DNA of 63,871 bases, the filler included, from Squatina squatina (lineage: Eukaryota): NCBI GenBank assembly GCA_031763465.1. It is 4 parts of 4 records of this genome, joined end to end, with 100 filler letters (N's around TTAATTAATTAA, not from the genome) between each part and the next. Parts side by side here need not be neighbours in the genome. Positions count along the whole stretch, not along the records: positions 21,640 to 34,435 come from JARFOE010000005.1; positions 34,536 to 47,340 come from JARFOE010000162.1; 2 more parts are not named here. One strand, given 5' to 3'. The notes below the pieces were generated by a model, which saw nothing but the letters and a program-made list of their open reading frames with translations, made no database searches and was not told the origin of the DNA. Shown here in pieces: positions 25,601 to 37,802 of the stretch. The number at the start of each line of letters is the position of its first letter. Within the stretch, counting starts at the first letter, position 1. The translations under genes were made by a program, and so were the position numbers.

Positions 25601-26529
25601 AAAGCAGGGAGTAAATGGCAAGAACATACATGTGGTTTTAATGTTATTTTAATTTACTGATGATGCAAAGCTAGGTGGGAATGCAAGTTGTGAGGAGGNN
25701 NNNNNNNNNNNNNNNNNNNNNNNNNNNNNNNNNNNNNNNNNNNNNNNNNNNNNNNNNNNNNNNNNNNNNNNNNNNNNNNNNNNNNNNNNNNNNNNNNNTG
25801 TTGAATGGCGGTGCAGGCTCAAAGGGCCGAATGGCCTACTCCTGCACCTATTTTCTATGTTTCTATGTTTCTATGGCATTAATGGGTTTAAGGGAGGGTG
25901 AGATTTGGAAGTGTCAGCACAGGAGTGACAGGGGAATGAGTTGGTATTTTGGGGAAGTACAGGTGGTTTCAATAAATTCTTCAATCAGCAACAATCTAAG
26001 TTCTGAAAACCAGTTTAATTGTGGCTAGTTAATTGAGTTTGGAGACTTCTTACTGTACCGGATATAATTCTTGCCAGGATGGATTGCTTAAAATTAGCAA
26101 CAGAAACATTTTGCAGTATAGTAATAGGATTAGAATAATTTTTAATGGAATTTTTGCTCTAATAATGGGATTGAACGTTAAAAGGATAAGTATAAATATA
26201 GATGAGCAAACGCTCGGAACATTATGACGCTAGTCCTTCTGGGGCCACAACCGCCTCAGCCACAGGATAAGACCGGTCAAAGTCGAATAATGTAGCTTGT
26301 AATATAAGAATGATATCACTGGATTTTTGCTCGATAGTCTTCAGGGACAAGGAGCCATTTCACAGAGATATCTTCTTGGAATTTACCAGTGGATGTTTGC
26401 TTATCTATAGAGATTTAACACCTTCGACACAGTCCATGACTTTCAACAGACCATAGGCAACAATGGACCCTACCATGGCCATTCCTTGCTCCTTATTTTT
26501 TTAAATCTTGGTTTTAAAGCCGAAGGCAG

Positions 26530-26695
26530 TTAACACTCTGAAGTGTTGAGTTTTGCCATCCGCCATCTATGCCCATTTTATCCTGTAGCGTTTAGCAAAT
26601 CCTTGCATGGGCTGTTCCATTAGGCAGGCTCTAACTGAGGGGTGGGCAGGATGAGAGGTTGGTGGTCTGCCGCCTTTAAAAGATGTTGAGCCATG
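26530..26695 (-). mobile_element. Highly degenerate Gypsy-type RNase H remnant
   Basis: ADHQPLIL...LLNATG*NGHRWRMAKL resembles TDH.PL...KLNATGHRW.A.L; in-frame stops. Confidence 0.35.
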
Positions 26696-26973
26696 GCCGG
26701 AATATGAACAAATATGTAGTTACATTGACCTGAGTGATTTGATGATCTAAAGGACCCTCAGATGAAATTTTAGTTTCTAACCGTGGAGATAGGGATTGAC
26801 TACTCTACTCAATTAAATCAGCTACTACAGAGCACTGAAATGTAATTAGTGTCCCCATTGGAGGATCTGAATAATGTGGTGATATCGGAAATGTGTCACA
26901 CTCACAATTTGAATAGACAACAATTAGTTACTTTTATTTCCCTACAGTGACTACACATTAAAAGTGTTCCATT

Positions 26974-27296
26974 AAGGAAAGATGTGCATTTCTATAGCGC
27001 CTTTCATGACCACTGGATGTTCCAAAGTGCTTTACAGCCAATTAAGTATTTTTGAAGTGTAGTCACTGTTGTGATGTGGGAAATGCAACAGGCAATTTGC
27101 GCACAGCAAGCTCCCACACACAGCAATGTGACAATGACCAGATCATCCATTTTTAGTGATGTTGACTGAGGGATAAATATTGGCCCCAGGACACCGGGGA
27201 GAACTCCCCTGCTCTTCATCAAAATAGTACCATCGGATATTCTACATCCTGAGAGAACAGACGGGGCCTTGGTTTAACGTCTCAACAGAAAGATGG
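26974..27296 (-). mobile_element. SacSINE1-like DeuSINE, 5'-truncated
   Basis: Body and tail match the other copies. Confidence 0.83.
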
Positions 27297-27934
27297 ATCA
27301 TTGGTTTTCAACAGAGTGTTTCGACATGAAATGGAATCCTGTTTCTGATCAGAAGCTGACAGACCTGCTGAGGATTTCCAGAATGTTCCGTTTTCATTTA
27401 CCGTTACCTATATCTCTTTTTGCACTCTTACAGATACCCTGCCAGCTGATACCAGAGACAACATGACATAAAACACACTGTACACGGGGTCTGCAACAGT
27501 GATGCCCCTCGGTGCCACTCCAATCATCATAGGTTACACTCACACCAACAAGACCTTAGCCCGCAATAACAGCGCGACACATTCAATGAGAAAATTCATG
27601 GTAAGAGGAAACGGGGCACACCGCGACTGAGACACAGCTCGTGAGGAGGATAAACACCAACAAGGAGTGGATGGGCCGAGCGGCCTGATTCCATGTTATA
27701 GTTCCAATGTCAGAAACAGCAGGAGGCCGAGATGGGGGAAGGGAGGGAATTGTCGGGTTTTGTCTGGATGGAGGAAGGAAAATGGGCCTTCCTCAACTGT
27801 AATGAGCGAGTGATCTCAGGAGAGGTGACCAACGTTACCCAACCTTGCTCTACGCCAACAAGTGCAAATCATGATCTGTCGCAGATCAGACAAAAGTCGA
27901 GCACAATCTATGCAACAATAAGCAGTCCAGCTCA

Positions 27935-28090
<156 letters not shown>

Positions 28091-28110
28091 TTAGAGTTTG
28101 TCATGTTTAG

Positions 28111-31100
28111 CACAGTGAATAAATATACAGCACATGGCAAAATAGTGAATTAATGCACAGCGCATGGCAACACAATGTATTAATGTACAGCACACGGCAA
28201 CACAGTGCATTAATGTAACTGCATGGCAAGACAATGAATTAATTTACAGCACATGGAAACACAATGTGCTAATATACAGCAGACGGCAACACAATGCATT
28301 AATGTACAGCGCATGGCAACTCTGTGTATTAATGTACAGCACATGGCAACACTGTGTATTAATATACAGCACACGGCAACACAGTGCATTAATGTACAGC
28401 ACATGGCAACACAGTGTATTAATATACAGCACATGCTAACACAGTGTATGAATGTACAGCACATGGCAACACAATGTCTGAATGTACAGCACATGGCAAC
28501 ACGTTGTATGAATTTACTGCACATGGCAACATAGTGTATTAATGAACAGCACATGGCAATACTGCATATTAATGTACGGCACATGGCAGCACAGTGTATT
28601 AATGTACAGCACATGGCAACACTCTGTTTTAATGTACAGCACATGGCAACTCTTTGGATGAATTTACAGCACATGGCAACACAGTGCATGAATGTACAGC
28701 ACATGGCAAAATTTTGTATGAATTTACAGCACATGGCAACATAGTGTATTAATGAACAGCACATGGCAACACAGTGTATTAATATACAGCACATGGCAAC
28801 ACAGTGTATTAATGTACAGCACATGTCAATACAGTATATTAATATACAGCACATGGCAACACAGTGTATTAATGTACAGCACATGGCAACACAGTGTATT
28901 AATATACAGCACATGGCAAGAGAGTGCATTGCTATACAGCACATGGCAAAACATATTATTACTGCACAGCACATGGCAACACAGTGTATTAATGGACAGC
29001 GCACGGCAACAGACTGTATTAAAATGCAGCACATGAGAACACAGGATATTGATATTCAGCACATGGCAGGTCAGTGTATAAATGTACAGCAAATAGCAAC
29101 ACATGTATTAATGAACAGCACATGCCAACACAGTGTATTGATGTAAAGCACATGGCAACACAGTGTTTTTATGTACAGCACATGGCAAAACAGTGTATTA
29201 ATGAAAAGCACATGGCAACACATGTATCAACGTACAGCACATAGCAACATAGTGTATTAATGTACAGCACATGGCAACACAGTGTTTTTATTTACAGCAC
29301 ACGGCAACACAGTGTATTAATAAAAAGCACATGGCAACACATGTATCAACGTTTAGCACAAGGCAACACAGTGTATTATGATACAGTACATGGCAACACA
29401 TTGCATTAATATGCAGCACATGGGTTCACAGTGTATTAGTGTATAGCAATTGCAAACATAGTGCATGAATGTACAGCACATCGCAACATTTTGTATGAAT
29501 TTACAGCACATGGCAATACAGTGTATTAATGTACAGCACATGGCAACACAGTGTATTAATATACAGCACATGGCAACACAGTGTATGAATGTACAGCACA
29601 TGGCAACACAATGTATGAATGTACAGCACATGGCATCATGTTGTATGAATTTACAGCACATGGCAACAGAGTGTATTAATGAACAGCACATGGCAGCACA
29701 GTGTATTAATGTACAACACATGGCAACAAGTTGTATGAATTTACAGCACATGGCAACACAGTGTATGAATGAACAGCACATGGCAACACAGTGTATTACT
29801 GTACAGCACGTGGCAACACTTTGTTTGAATGTACAGCACATGGCAAAATAATGTATTAATGTACAGCACATGGCAACACAGTGTTTTAATATACAGCACA
29901 TGGCAACACAATGTATGACTGTACGGCACATGGCAACACAGTGTATTAATGTACAGCCCACGTCAATACAGTATATTAATATACAGCACATGACAACACA
30001 GTGTATTACTGTACAGCACATGGCAACACAGTGTATTAATCTGCAGCACATGGCAACACAGTGTATTAATGAACAGCACATGGCAATACTGTGTATTATT
30101 CTACAGCACATGGCAACACAGTGCATTAATGTACAGCACATGGCAACACTGTGTATTAATGTACATCACATGGCAACTCTTTGGATGAATTTACAGCACA
30201 TGGCAACACAGTGTATTAATGTACAGCACATGGCAACACTTTGTATGAATTTACAGCACATGTCAACACAGTGTATTAATGTACAGCACATGGCAACACA
30301 GTGTATTAATAGACAGCACATGGCAACACAACGTATGAATGTACAGCACATGGCAACACAGTGTATGAATGTACAGCACATGGCAACACAGTGGATTAAT
30401 GTACAGCACATGGCAACACAGTGTATTAACATACAGCACAAGGCAACACTTTGTATGGATTTACAGCACATGTCAACACAGTGTATTAATATACAGCACA
30501 TGGGAACACAATGTATTAATGTACAGCACATGGCGACACAATGTATGAATGTACAGCACATGTCAACACAGTGTATTAATATACAGCACATGGCAACACA
30601 GTGTATTAATATACAGCACATGGCGACACAATGTATGAATGTACAGCACATGGCAACAGGGTGTATTAATGTTCAGCACATGGCAACACAGTGTATTAAT
30701 ATACAGCACATGGCAACACTATGTATTAATGTACAGCAGATGGCAAAACAATGTCTTAATGTACAGAACATGGCAACACAGTGTATTAATGTACAGCACA
30801 TGGCAACACAGTGTATTAATGTACAGCACACGTCAATACAGTGTATTAATGTACAGCACATGGCAACACAGTGTTTTAATGTACAGCACATGGCAACACA
30901 GTGTATGAAAGTACAGCACATGGCAACACGTTGTATGAATTTACAGCACATGGCAACATAATGTATTAATGAACAGCACATGGCAATACTGCATATTAAT
31001 GTACCGCACATGTCAACACAGTGTATTAATGTACAGCACAGGACAACACTGTGCTTTAATGTACAGCACATGGCAACTTTTGGATGAATTTACAGCACAT

Positions 31101-31765
31101 GGCAACGCAGTGTATAATGTACAGCAAATGGCAACACTTTGTATGAATTTACAGCCCATGTCAACACAGTGTATTAATGTACAGCACATGGCAACACAGT
31201 GTATTAACGTACAGCACATGGCAACAAGTTGTATGAATTTACAGCACATGGCAACACAGTGTATTAATGTACAGCACATGGCAACAGAGTGTATTAACGT
31301 ACAGCACATGGCAACTCTTTGTATTAATATACAGCACATGGCAACACAATGTATGAATGTACAGCACATGGCAACACTATGTATTAATGTACAGCAGATG
31401 GCAAAACAATGTCTTAATGTACAGCACATGGCAACACTGTGTATTAATGTACAACACATGGGAACACAGGGTATTAATGTACATCACATGGCAACACAGT
31501 GTATTAATGTACAGCACATGGCAACACAGTGTATTAATGTACAGCACACGTCAATACAGTATATTAATATACAGCACATGACAACACAGTGTATTAATGT
31601 ACAGCACATGGCAACACAGTGTATTAATATACAGCACCTGGCACACAGTGTATTAATCTGCAGCACATGGCAACACAGTGTATTAATGTGCAGCACATGG
31701 CAACACAGTGTATTAATGAACAGCACATGGCAATACTGTGTATTATTCTACAGCACATGGCAACA
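28111..31765. repeat. 30-bp tandem satellite/minisatellite, about 120 units, running into a gap
   Basis: Consensus ACAGCACATGGCAACACAGTGTATTAATGT repeated without spacers, with occasional 1-nt deletions. It is the source of the QHMATQCINV, CCTLIHCVAM and YSTWQHSVLM pseudo-ORFs. Confidence 0.97.
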
Positions 31766-31865
31766 NNNNNNNNNNNNNNNNNNNNNNNNNNNNNNNNNNN
31801 NNNNNNNNNNNNNNNNNNNNNNNNNNNNNNNNNNNNNNNNNNNNNNNNNNNNNNNNNNNNNNNNN

Positions 31866-32266
31866 TAGTGCTCCCAGTTATGCAACGCCTCAATTTCAAA
31901 ATTCTCACCCTTTTTTTCAAATCCCTCCCTATCTCTGTAATCTCCTCCAGACCCACAACCCCCGAGATGTCTGCGCTCCTCTAATTCTGATCTCTTGAGC
32001 ATCCCTGATTATATTTGCTCAACCACTGGTGGTTGTGTCTTCTGTTGCCTGGGCCCTAAGCTCTGGAATTCCTTTCCTAAACCTTTCTCCTCTCTACCTC
32101 TCCTTCCTCCTTCAAGACATTCCTTAAAACCTCCCTCTTCGACCAAGCTTTAGGTCACCTGCCCTAATTTCTCCATTTGCGGCTCGGTGTCAAAAAAATA
32201 CACCTGTGAAGCCCTTTGGAACGTTTCACTATGTTAAAGGCGCTATATAAATACAAGTTATTGTTG
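31866..32266 (+). mobile_element. L2 LINE 3' end
   Basis: LPVMQRLNFKILTLFFKSL, GPKLWNSFPKP and FKTFLKTSLFDQA motifs, then tail GTTAAAGGCGCTATATAAATACAAG. Confidence 0.88.
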
Positions 32267-32270
32267 GTGG

Positions 32271-32390
32271 TGTATAATGGGCGGTCTATGTTGTATAATA
32301 GGTAGATGTGTAAGGGGCATTCGATGATGTGTAATGGGCGGTTGATGTTGTATAATGGGCGGTTGATGATGTATAATGGGCGGTTGATCT
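32271..32390. repeat. 21-bp minisatellite
   Basis: About 5-6 copies of TGTATAATGGGCGGTTGATGT directly after an L2 3' tail. Confidence 0.8.
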
Positions 32391-34435
32391 GCTCCTGATA
32401 GTTTTCCACACCCCGCCTCAGTTTAAAACTTCTCCCAGCGTGTCTGAACCCCAAAGAATGGAACTGGCACTTGACCATTGGATTTGTGAATTCTCATTCA
32501 GCCATTGGGTGTCCAATCTCACATGTAACTAAATGACCATTTTTTTTAGTCTCCCCTAGTTCTCTCCTCTTCTCCTGAAGTCACTGAGTCACATTGGGTT
32601 ACAGTTTTCCCAAACACCTTGCCCGAGTGTTCATTCTTTAATGGGTGAGCCTCAACAGTGACCATCGGTTGGCTATTTTGTCACAAGAAGAATCACAGCC
32701 CAGCATGATCAAAGTCTCACCTGACCTTAAGGGTTAGTGGAAAGTAGTCCGGAGCAGGAATCCTGATTGACATTCCCCTCCTTAACCCAGGAGGCACTAA
32801 TGCCAGGTGAAGCATTCCAACAGTTGTCCATTGCTGAGCTTGCAAAATGTTACTGTGCTCATCATTGAGTTAAGCAATGAAGAGTGTGTGTATTATTTTT
32901 GACTGGATCATGTATACTCTCTCTTGTGCTATGCGTTCCTCAATCTCATTAAACTTGTCAGTCTCCTGGGGTAAACTGCAAAATAATTTTGTCTAGTCTT
33001 GATATTTGAATTGATGAGACGGTTATTCAAGAACCAGAGCTGGCAATTTCAAATGTGATTTATTTAATCTGCACACCAAGGCATTCATTAAAGAAATAAC
33101 TCGCACAATAATGGGCTGTTTCCTCTTTACAATATGATCATTTGATAATGTAAATGACAGAATCCTGTGGTGCGCTGACAATGTAGAGAAAGTATTATGG
33201 AGTTTAGTTTAGAATTGATATCTTTTTTAAAGAGGTTTGGGCTGAACGATGAATAATTTTGTTAACAACAGTTCGAAGCACATAAGGGCTGATTAATTGT
33301 TGCACGTTAGTAATAAGCCATCTGAGGTACAGAGACTGAGCATGCAATGAATTTTGTTTGATATGCGATAGTAACAGCTCAAAACCATGATTAGATGAGC
33401 TTTGGAGTTACCCATTGTGAATAATGTAGCACTGCTAGTTCAAAGCAACTTGAGGCTGAGGTCAGTTGTTAATCTCAGACTGTGGAGTGTACTGCACAGC
33501 CCGGAGACCATAAGACCATGAGAAATAGGAACAGGAGTAGGTCATTCAGCCCCTCGAGCCATTCAACAAGACCATGGCTGATCCGACAATCCTCAAGTCT
33601 AATTTCCTGCCCTTTCCCCATAACCCTTGATTCCCTTACTGATTAAAAATCTCTCTATCTCAGCCTTAAATATACACAAAGACTCAGCCCCCACAGCTCT
33701 CTGTGGCAAGGAATTCCAAAGACTCACAACNNNNNNNNNNNNNNNNNNNNNNNNNNNNNNNNNNNNNNNNNNNNNNNNNNNNNNNNNNNNNNNNNNNNNN
33801 NNNNNNNNNNNNNNNNNNNNNNNNNNNNNNCGCTGCCTTTCTGCCTGTGCACTCTTTACCTGTCGTGCTATCCACGAAGATCTCAGGCTCGCTATTAACT
33901 TTAAGTAATCTCAGCCCCGACATTAACTACTTGTTAATATCTGGAGTGCCCATGTTGAAGTCAGTTGGATGTAAGCAGTTGGTTCTTTCCCCATGGGAAA
34001 ATCAACTTGAATAGGGTAATGTTCTCATCTCGGCAGACCTGCCATTATAATTTGAAAAGAGGTCAAGTCTCAGTGGATTACACTATCAAAAGCAATGCGG
34101 ATGCTTTCAGTTGGGACATCTTTCTTCAATTATAGCTGTGTCAGTACAGGACACTGGCTTTCAGTGTACAGGTTTGAATACCATAAGCTGTCAAATTTAA
34201 ATACGTGCTTACAATTTAAAAACCTGCAGCGTTTGCACTTTTTTTTTGCATTACCTTGGCGCCTATCTGCCAGTTGTGGTACTTCATCCTAATCTCCTTC
34301 TACGACCTTTCAGTTTCTGAAGCTTTGTTCCCCTTATTATACACAGTGTGCATTTATCATAGTCCCAAAATGAGCAACTGTCATTGTCAAAGTCCGTTGA
34401 AGCTTTAATTTATTTTACTTCACCCTTCGATTGTT

Positions 34436-34535
34436 NNNNNNNNNNNNNNNNNNNNNNNNNNNNNNNNNNNNNNNNNNNNTTAATTAATTAANNNNNNNNN
34501 NNNNNNNNNNNNNNNNNNNNNNNNNNNNNNNNNNN
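34436..34535. other. Artificial scaffold-joining spacer 2
   Basis: 44 N + TTAATTAATTAA (34480-34491) + 44 N. Confidence 0.95.
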
Positions 34536-35063
34536 TGTTTTGTATATGTCTTGCTGTCTGCATCTAGGCCTTGCAGGGTGCTATTCTCACCCACTGGCAA
34601 GGGTGCTGTGCTTGTGATGTGCTCAGTGGTAGCTCAAGCTCCACCCCCGGCACATATCTTTCTGTTTACAGATTACAACACACTTTCCCTTGTAGATCCT
34701 ACCTTGAGTTGCCATAGTTACTCCAAAAAAAAGGAGAAATTTAAGGCTAACATTTTATGGTGGGGCCTTAAAGTAATTTGTCCCATGGGGTCTCCCTCCC
34801 AAACAGCAAGGACAAGGCTTGCTGAAAGGTTTTAACAGGCATGTGCTGGAAGAAATCTGACACTTACCTCAGCCAATTACTTAACCCTGTACTTCTCCAG
34901 ATCTCCTTGCATGTTTTGAGACTGGAGTATATGTTTAGACAGTAGTTGTGGCTGGCTGGAGTGACTCAGCGCTCTCTCTCTCTCTCTCTCGGCTCTGCTG
35001 GTTCACCAATGACCCTTTTTCGAATGCAGTGGCAAAGGTCTTGTTCATAACTGACATTGCACA

Positions 35064-35720
35064 TGCCTTGGCTCAGTGGGTAGTCGTCTCATCTCTGAAT
35101 CCAGAAGGTTGTGGGTTCAATTCCCACTCCGGGAGACTTGAGCTAGGGTGACCAGATTTTAGAAAGGCCAAACCGGGACAAAACTTACCTGCCGGCTCCA
35201 TCGAGAGACTGCACATGTCTCCGTCCTCGCTGCAAAAAAAAACCCAGGACATTTGAGGCTTTTTGAAAGAATTGTCGGGACACCGGGGCGTTTGGGGAAA
35301 AACCGGGACTCCCAGCAAAACCGAAATGCCTGGTCACCCTAGCTTGAGCACCTAATCTAGGCCGACATTCCCAGTGCAGCACTGAGGGAGAGCTGCACTG
35401 TCGGAGGCGCCGTCTTTCAGATGAAACGTTAAACTGAGGCCCCGTCTGCCCTCTCGGGTGGACATAAAAGAGCCCAGGGCACTATTTCAAACAATAGCAG
35501 GGGAGTTCTCCCCAGTGTAATGGCCAATACTTATCCCTCAATCAACATCACTAAAACATGTGATCTCATTGCTGTTTGTGGAATCTTGCAGTGCGCAAAC
35601 TGGCAGCCACAATTCCCCATATTATAACAGTAACTTCAAAAATTACTTCATTGTCTGTAAAGCTCTTTGGAATATCCTGAGATTGTGAAAGATGCTAAAG
35701 AAATGCAAGTTCTTTCTTTC
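35064..35720 (+). mobile_element. SacSINE1-like DeuSINE interrupted by the hAT MITE
   Basis: A box TGGCTCAGTGG and B box GGTTCAATTCC; the element resumes after 35341 with Deu domain and tail. Confidence 0.87.
35144..35341 (-). mobile_element. Second copy of the hAT MITE, 198 bp, nested in a DeuSINE
   Basis: Same termini; target-site duplication ACTTGAGC/GCTTGAGC (one mismatch). The reverse complement aligns with 5194-5408. Confidence 0.88.
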
Positions 35721-36106
35721 CATAAAAAAGTGTCTTTTGAAATTGGGTGTGATCAGACTAATGGTTCTCACATTCAAATTCTTGGTGTCACACAATAAGC
35801 ATTGAAGCTGTGAACATCAACAGGTTTTAGACACAGCTTCCAACGATCGGGAATCCTGATGCTTCTCCACAAGGACAGTCAGTGGGGGAATGCACCACCC
35901 GGTGTTCTACAAGCTCTACAAAATACACAGCAGGATCTCAGATCACAATTCCTCCTGTGTTCTGGGTAAACTGATCTCAACTTGAGTATGTGGTGAGGGA
36001 ATGGGGTNNNNNNNNNNNNNNNNNNNNNNNNNNNNNNNNNNNNNNNNNNNNNNNNNNNNNNNNNNNNNNNNNNNNNNNNNNNNNNNNNNNNNNNNNNNNN
36101 NNNNNN

Positions 36107-37550
36107 NCTACTTGATCGATGACTTCCCTTCGATCATAAGATCAGGAGTGGAGTGGTTTGCTGACTATCCCAGAGTTCGGCTCCATTCACAACTCATCAG
36201 ATAATGGATTTGTAACAGGCAAATTGTGTCTGGCTAACTTTATTAAATTTGTTATTGTGCTAACCAAGAAGGTTGATTAAGGGAGTGTAGTATATGCTGT
36301 ATATGTGGACTTTCAGAAGGCATTTGACAAAGTGCCTCACAGGAGATTCGTTAAGAAGCTGAAAGATCATGGAATTAATGGGAAAGTGATGGTATGGATA
36401 CAAAATTGACTCAGTGACAGGAAAAGGGTGGTGGAGGTAGTTTGCAGTGGGTGTTCCAAGGGTCAATTTTGGGTTCATTACTCTTAGTAATTTTTATAAC
36501 TGACCGAGATTCAGGCGTAGGGAGCAGCATCATAAAGTTTGCAGCGGATAAAAACTTGGCAAAGCAGTAGATAGTGATGAGGACAATTATCGGCTTCCAG
36601 ATGACAGGCAGGATTCTGAAATGGACAGAAACATGGCAGGTGGAGTTAAATGTGGAGATGTGTGAAGTGATGCACTTTGGGAGGACTAATAGGGAAAGAC
36701 AGTCTACGATAGATGGCATGACTGAAAAATGTAAATGAGCAGGGAGACCTTGGTGTCCTTAGACACAAATCTTTAAAAAAGGTGGGAGGGCAAATTAATG
36801 TGGTTAAGAAAGCAAATGGGTTATTTGGGTTTATAACTAGAGACATAGAATATAAAAGCAAAGAGATCATGCTGGAACTTCATAACTCACTGGTTAGGCT
36901 TCAGCTGGAATATTGTGGACAATTCTGGGCACCACACTTCAGGAAAGATGTAAAAGTCTTAGAAAGGGTACACAACAGGATTACCAGGAATGAGCGACTT
37001 CAGTTAAGAGGTCGGAAAAGTTAGGACTGTTCTGCTTGGAACAGAGATAGTTAAGAAGTGAGCTAATAGGTTTTCAAGATGATCGGCGGTTTTGATAGAG
37101 TAGAGACAAATTATTTCCTTTGGTGAGTGGGTCAATAGCTAGTGATCATAGATTTAAAATCATTGGCAAAAGATCTAGCAGGATGAGGAGGAGACATTTT
37201 TCCCCCCAGTCGGTTGCCGGGATCTGGAACACTACTTAAAAAAGGTGTTGAAAGCTAATTCCATATATAATTTTTTTTAAAGGGAGTTGGACACGTGCTT
37301 GAGAATGGGGAACTTACAGGGTTATGGACAAAAAGTGGAGATGTGGGAGTAAGCATGACAGCTCTTTCAAAGAGCAAGCACAAGTTCAACAGACTGAATG
37401 GCCTCCTCTGCGCTGTAAATTTCTATGATTCATCCAGGCTTGGACTGACATAGGTAACATTCCTGCCACTTTAGGTACCAAGAAATTACCATCTCGAACA
37501 TAATACCTACCCTAACATTGAACGGCACCACCATCACTAATTTCCCCACC
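36107..37550 (+). mobile_element. Second CR1-clade LINE reverse transcriptase fragment, split by the CR1 insertion (36107-36205 and 37431-37550)
   Basis: Left flank reads LIDDFPSIIRSGVEWFADY (INDLP...FADD catalytic region). Right flank reads IQAWTD and then TLNGTTITNFPT, the expected continuation. Confidence 0.7.
36203..37430 (+). mobile_element. CR1 LINE, degenerate reverse transcriptase C-terminal region and 3' tail
   Basis: Motifs YVDFQKAFDKVPH, IIKFAADK and GFITRDIEYKSKEIMLELHNSLVRLQLEYCGQFWAPHFRKDVKVLERV; tail ends in TTCTATGATT; many frameshifts. Confidence 0.92.
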
Positions 37551-37802
37551 NNNNNNNNNNNNNNNNNNNNNNNNNNNNNNNNNNNNNNNNNNNNNNNNNN
37601 NNNNNNNNNNNNNNNNNNNNNNNNNNNNNNNNNNNNNNNNNNNNNNNNNNCTGTCATTGCTCCGAAATTCACTTCATCTTCCAAAATCTCTGGTCCCACC
37701 GTCTTCCCCAAACCTGCCTCTCCAGCCACCCCTTTGATCACTTCCCTTAACCCAACTCTTGCTTGGAGTCTGATGAAGTATCCTGGAATGGTTAGTTGAA
37801 TG

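Noticed and set aside
28111-31765. CRISPR array
   Set aside because: Units are contiguous with no unique spacers, there are no cas genes and the DNA is vertebrate.
28164-31868. Long Cys/His/Gln-rich ORFs (up to 363 aa) resembling metallothionein or keratin-associated repeats
   Set aside because: They are open in several frames on both strands because the 30-bp unit lacks stops there, they are broken by 1-nt deletions, and they lie in the intron of a CA10-like gene.
35064-35135. tRNA genes at SINE heads
   Set aside because: A and B boxes are present but run directly into Deu-domain SINE bodies, with no complete cloverleaf.
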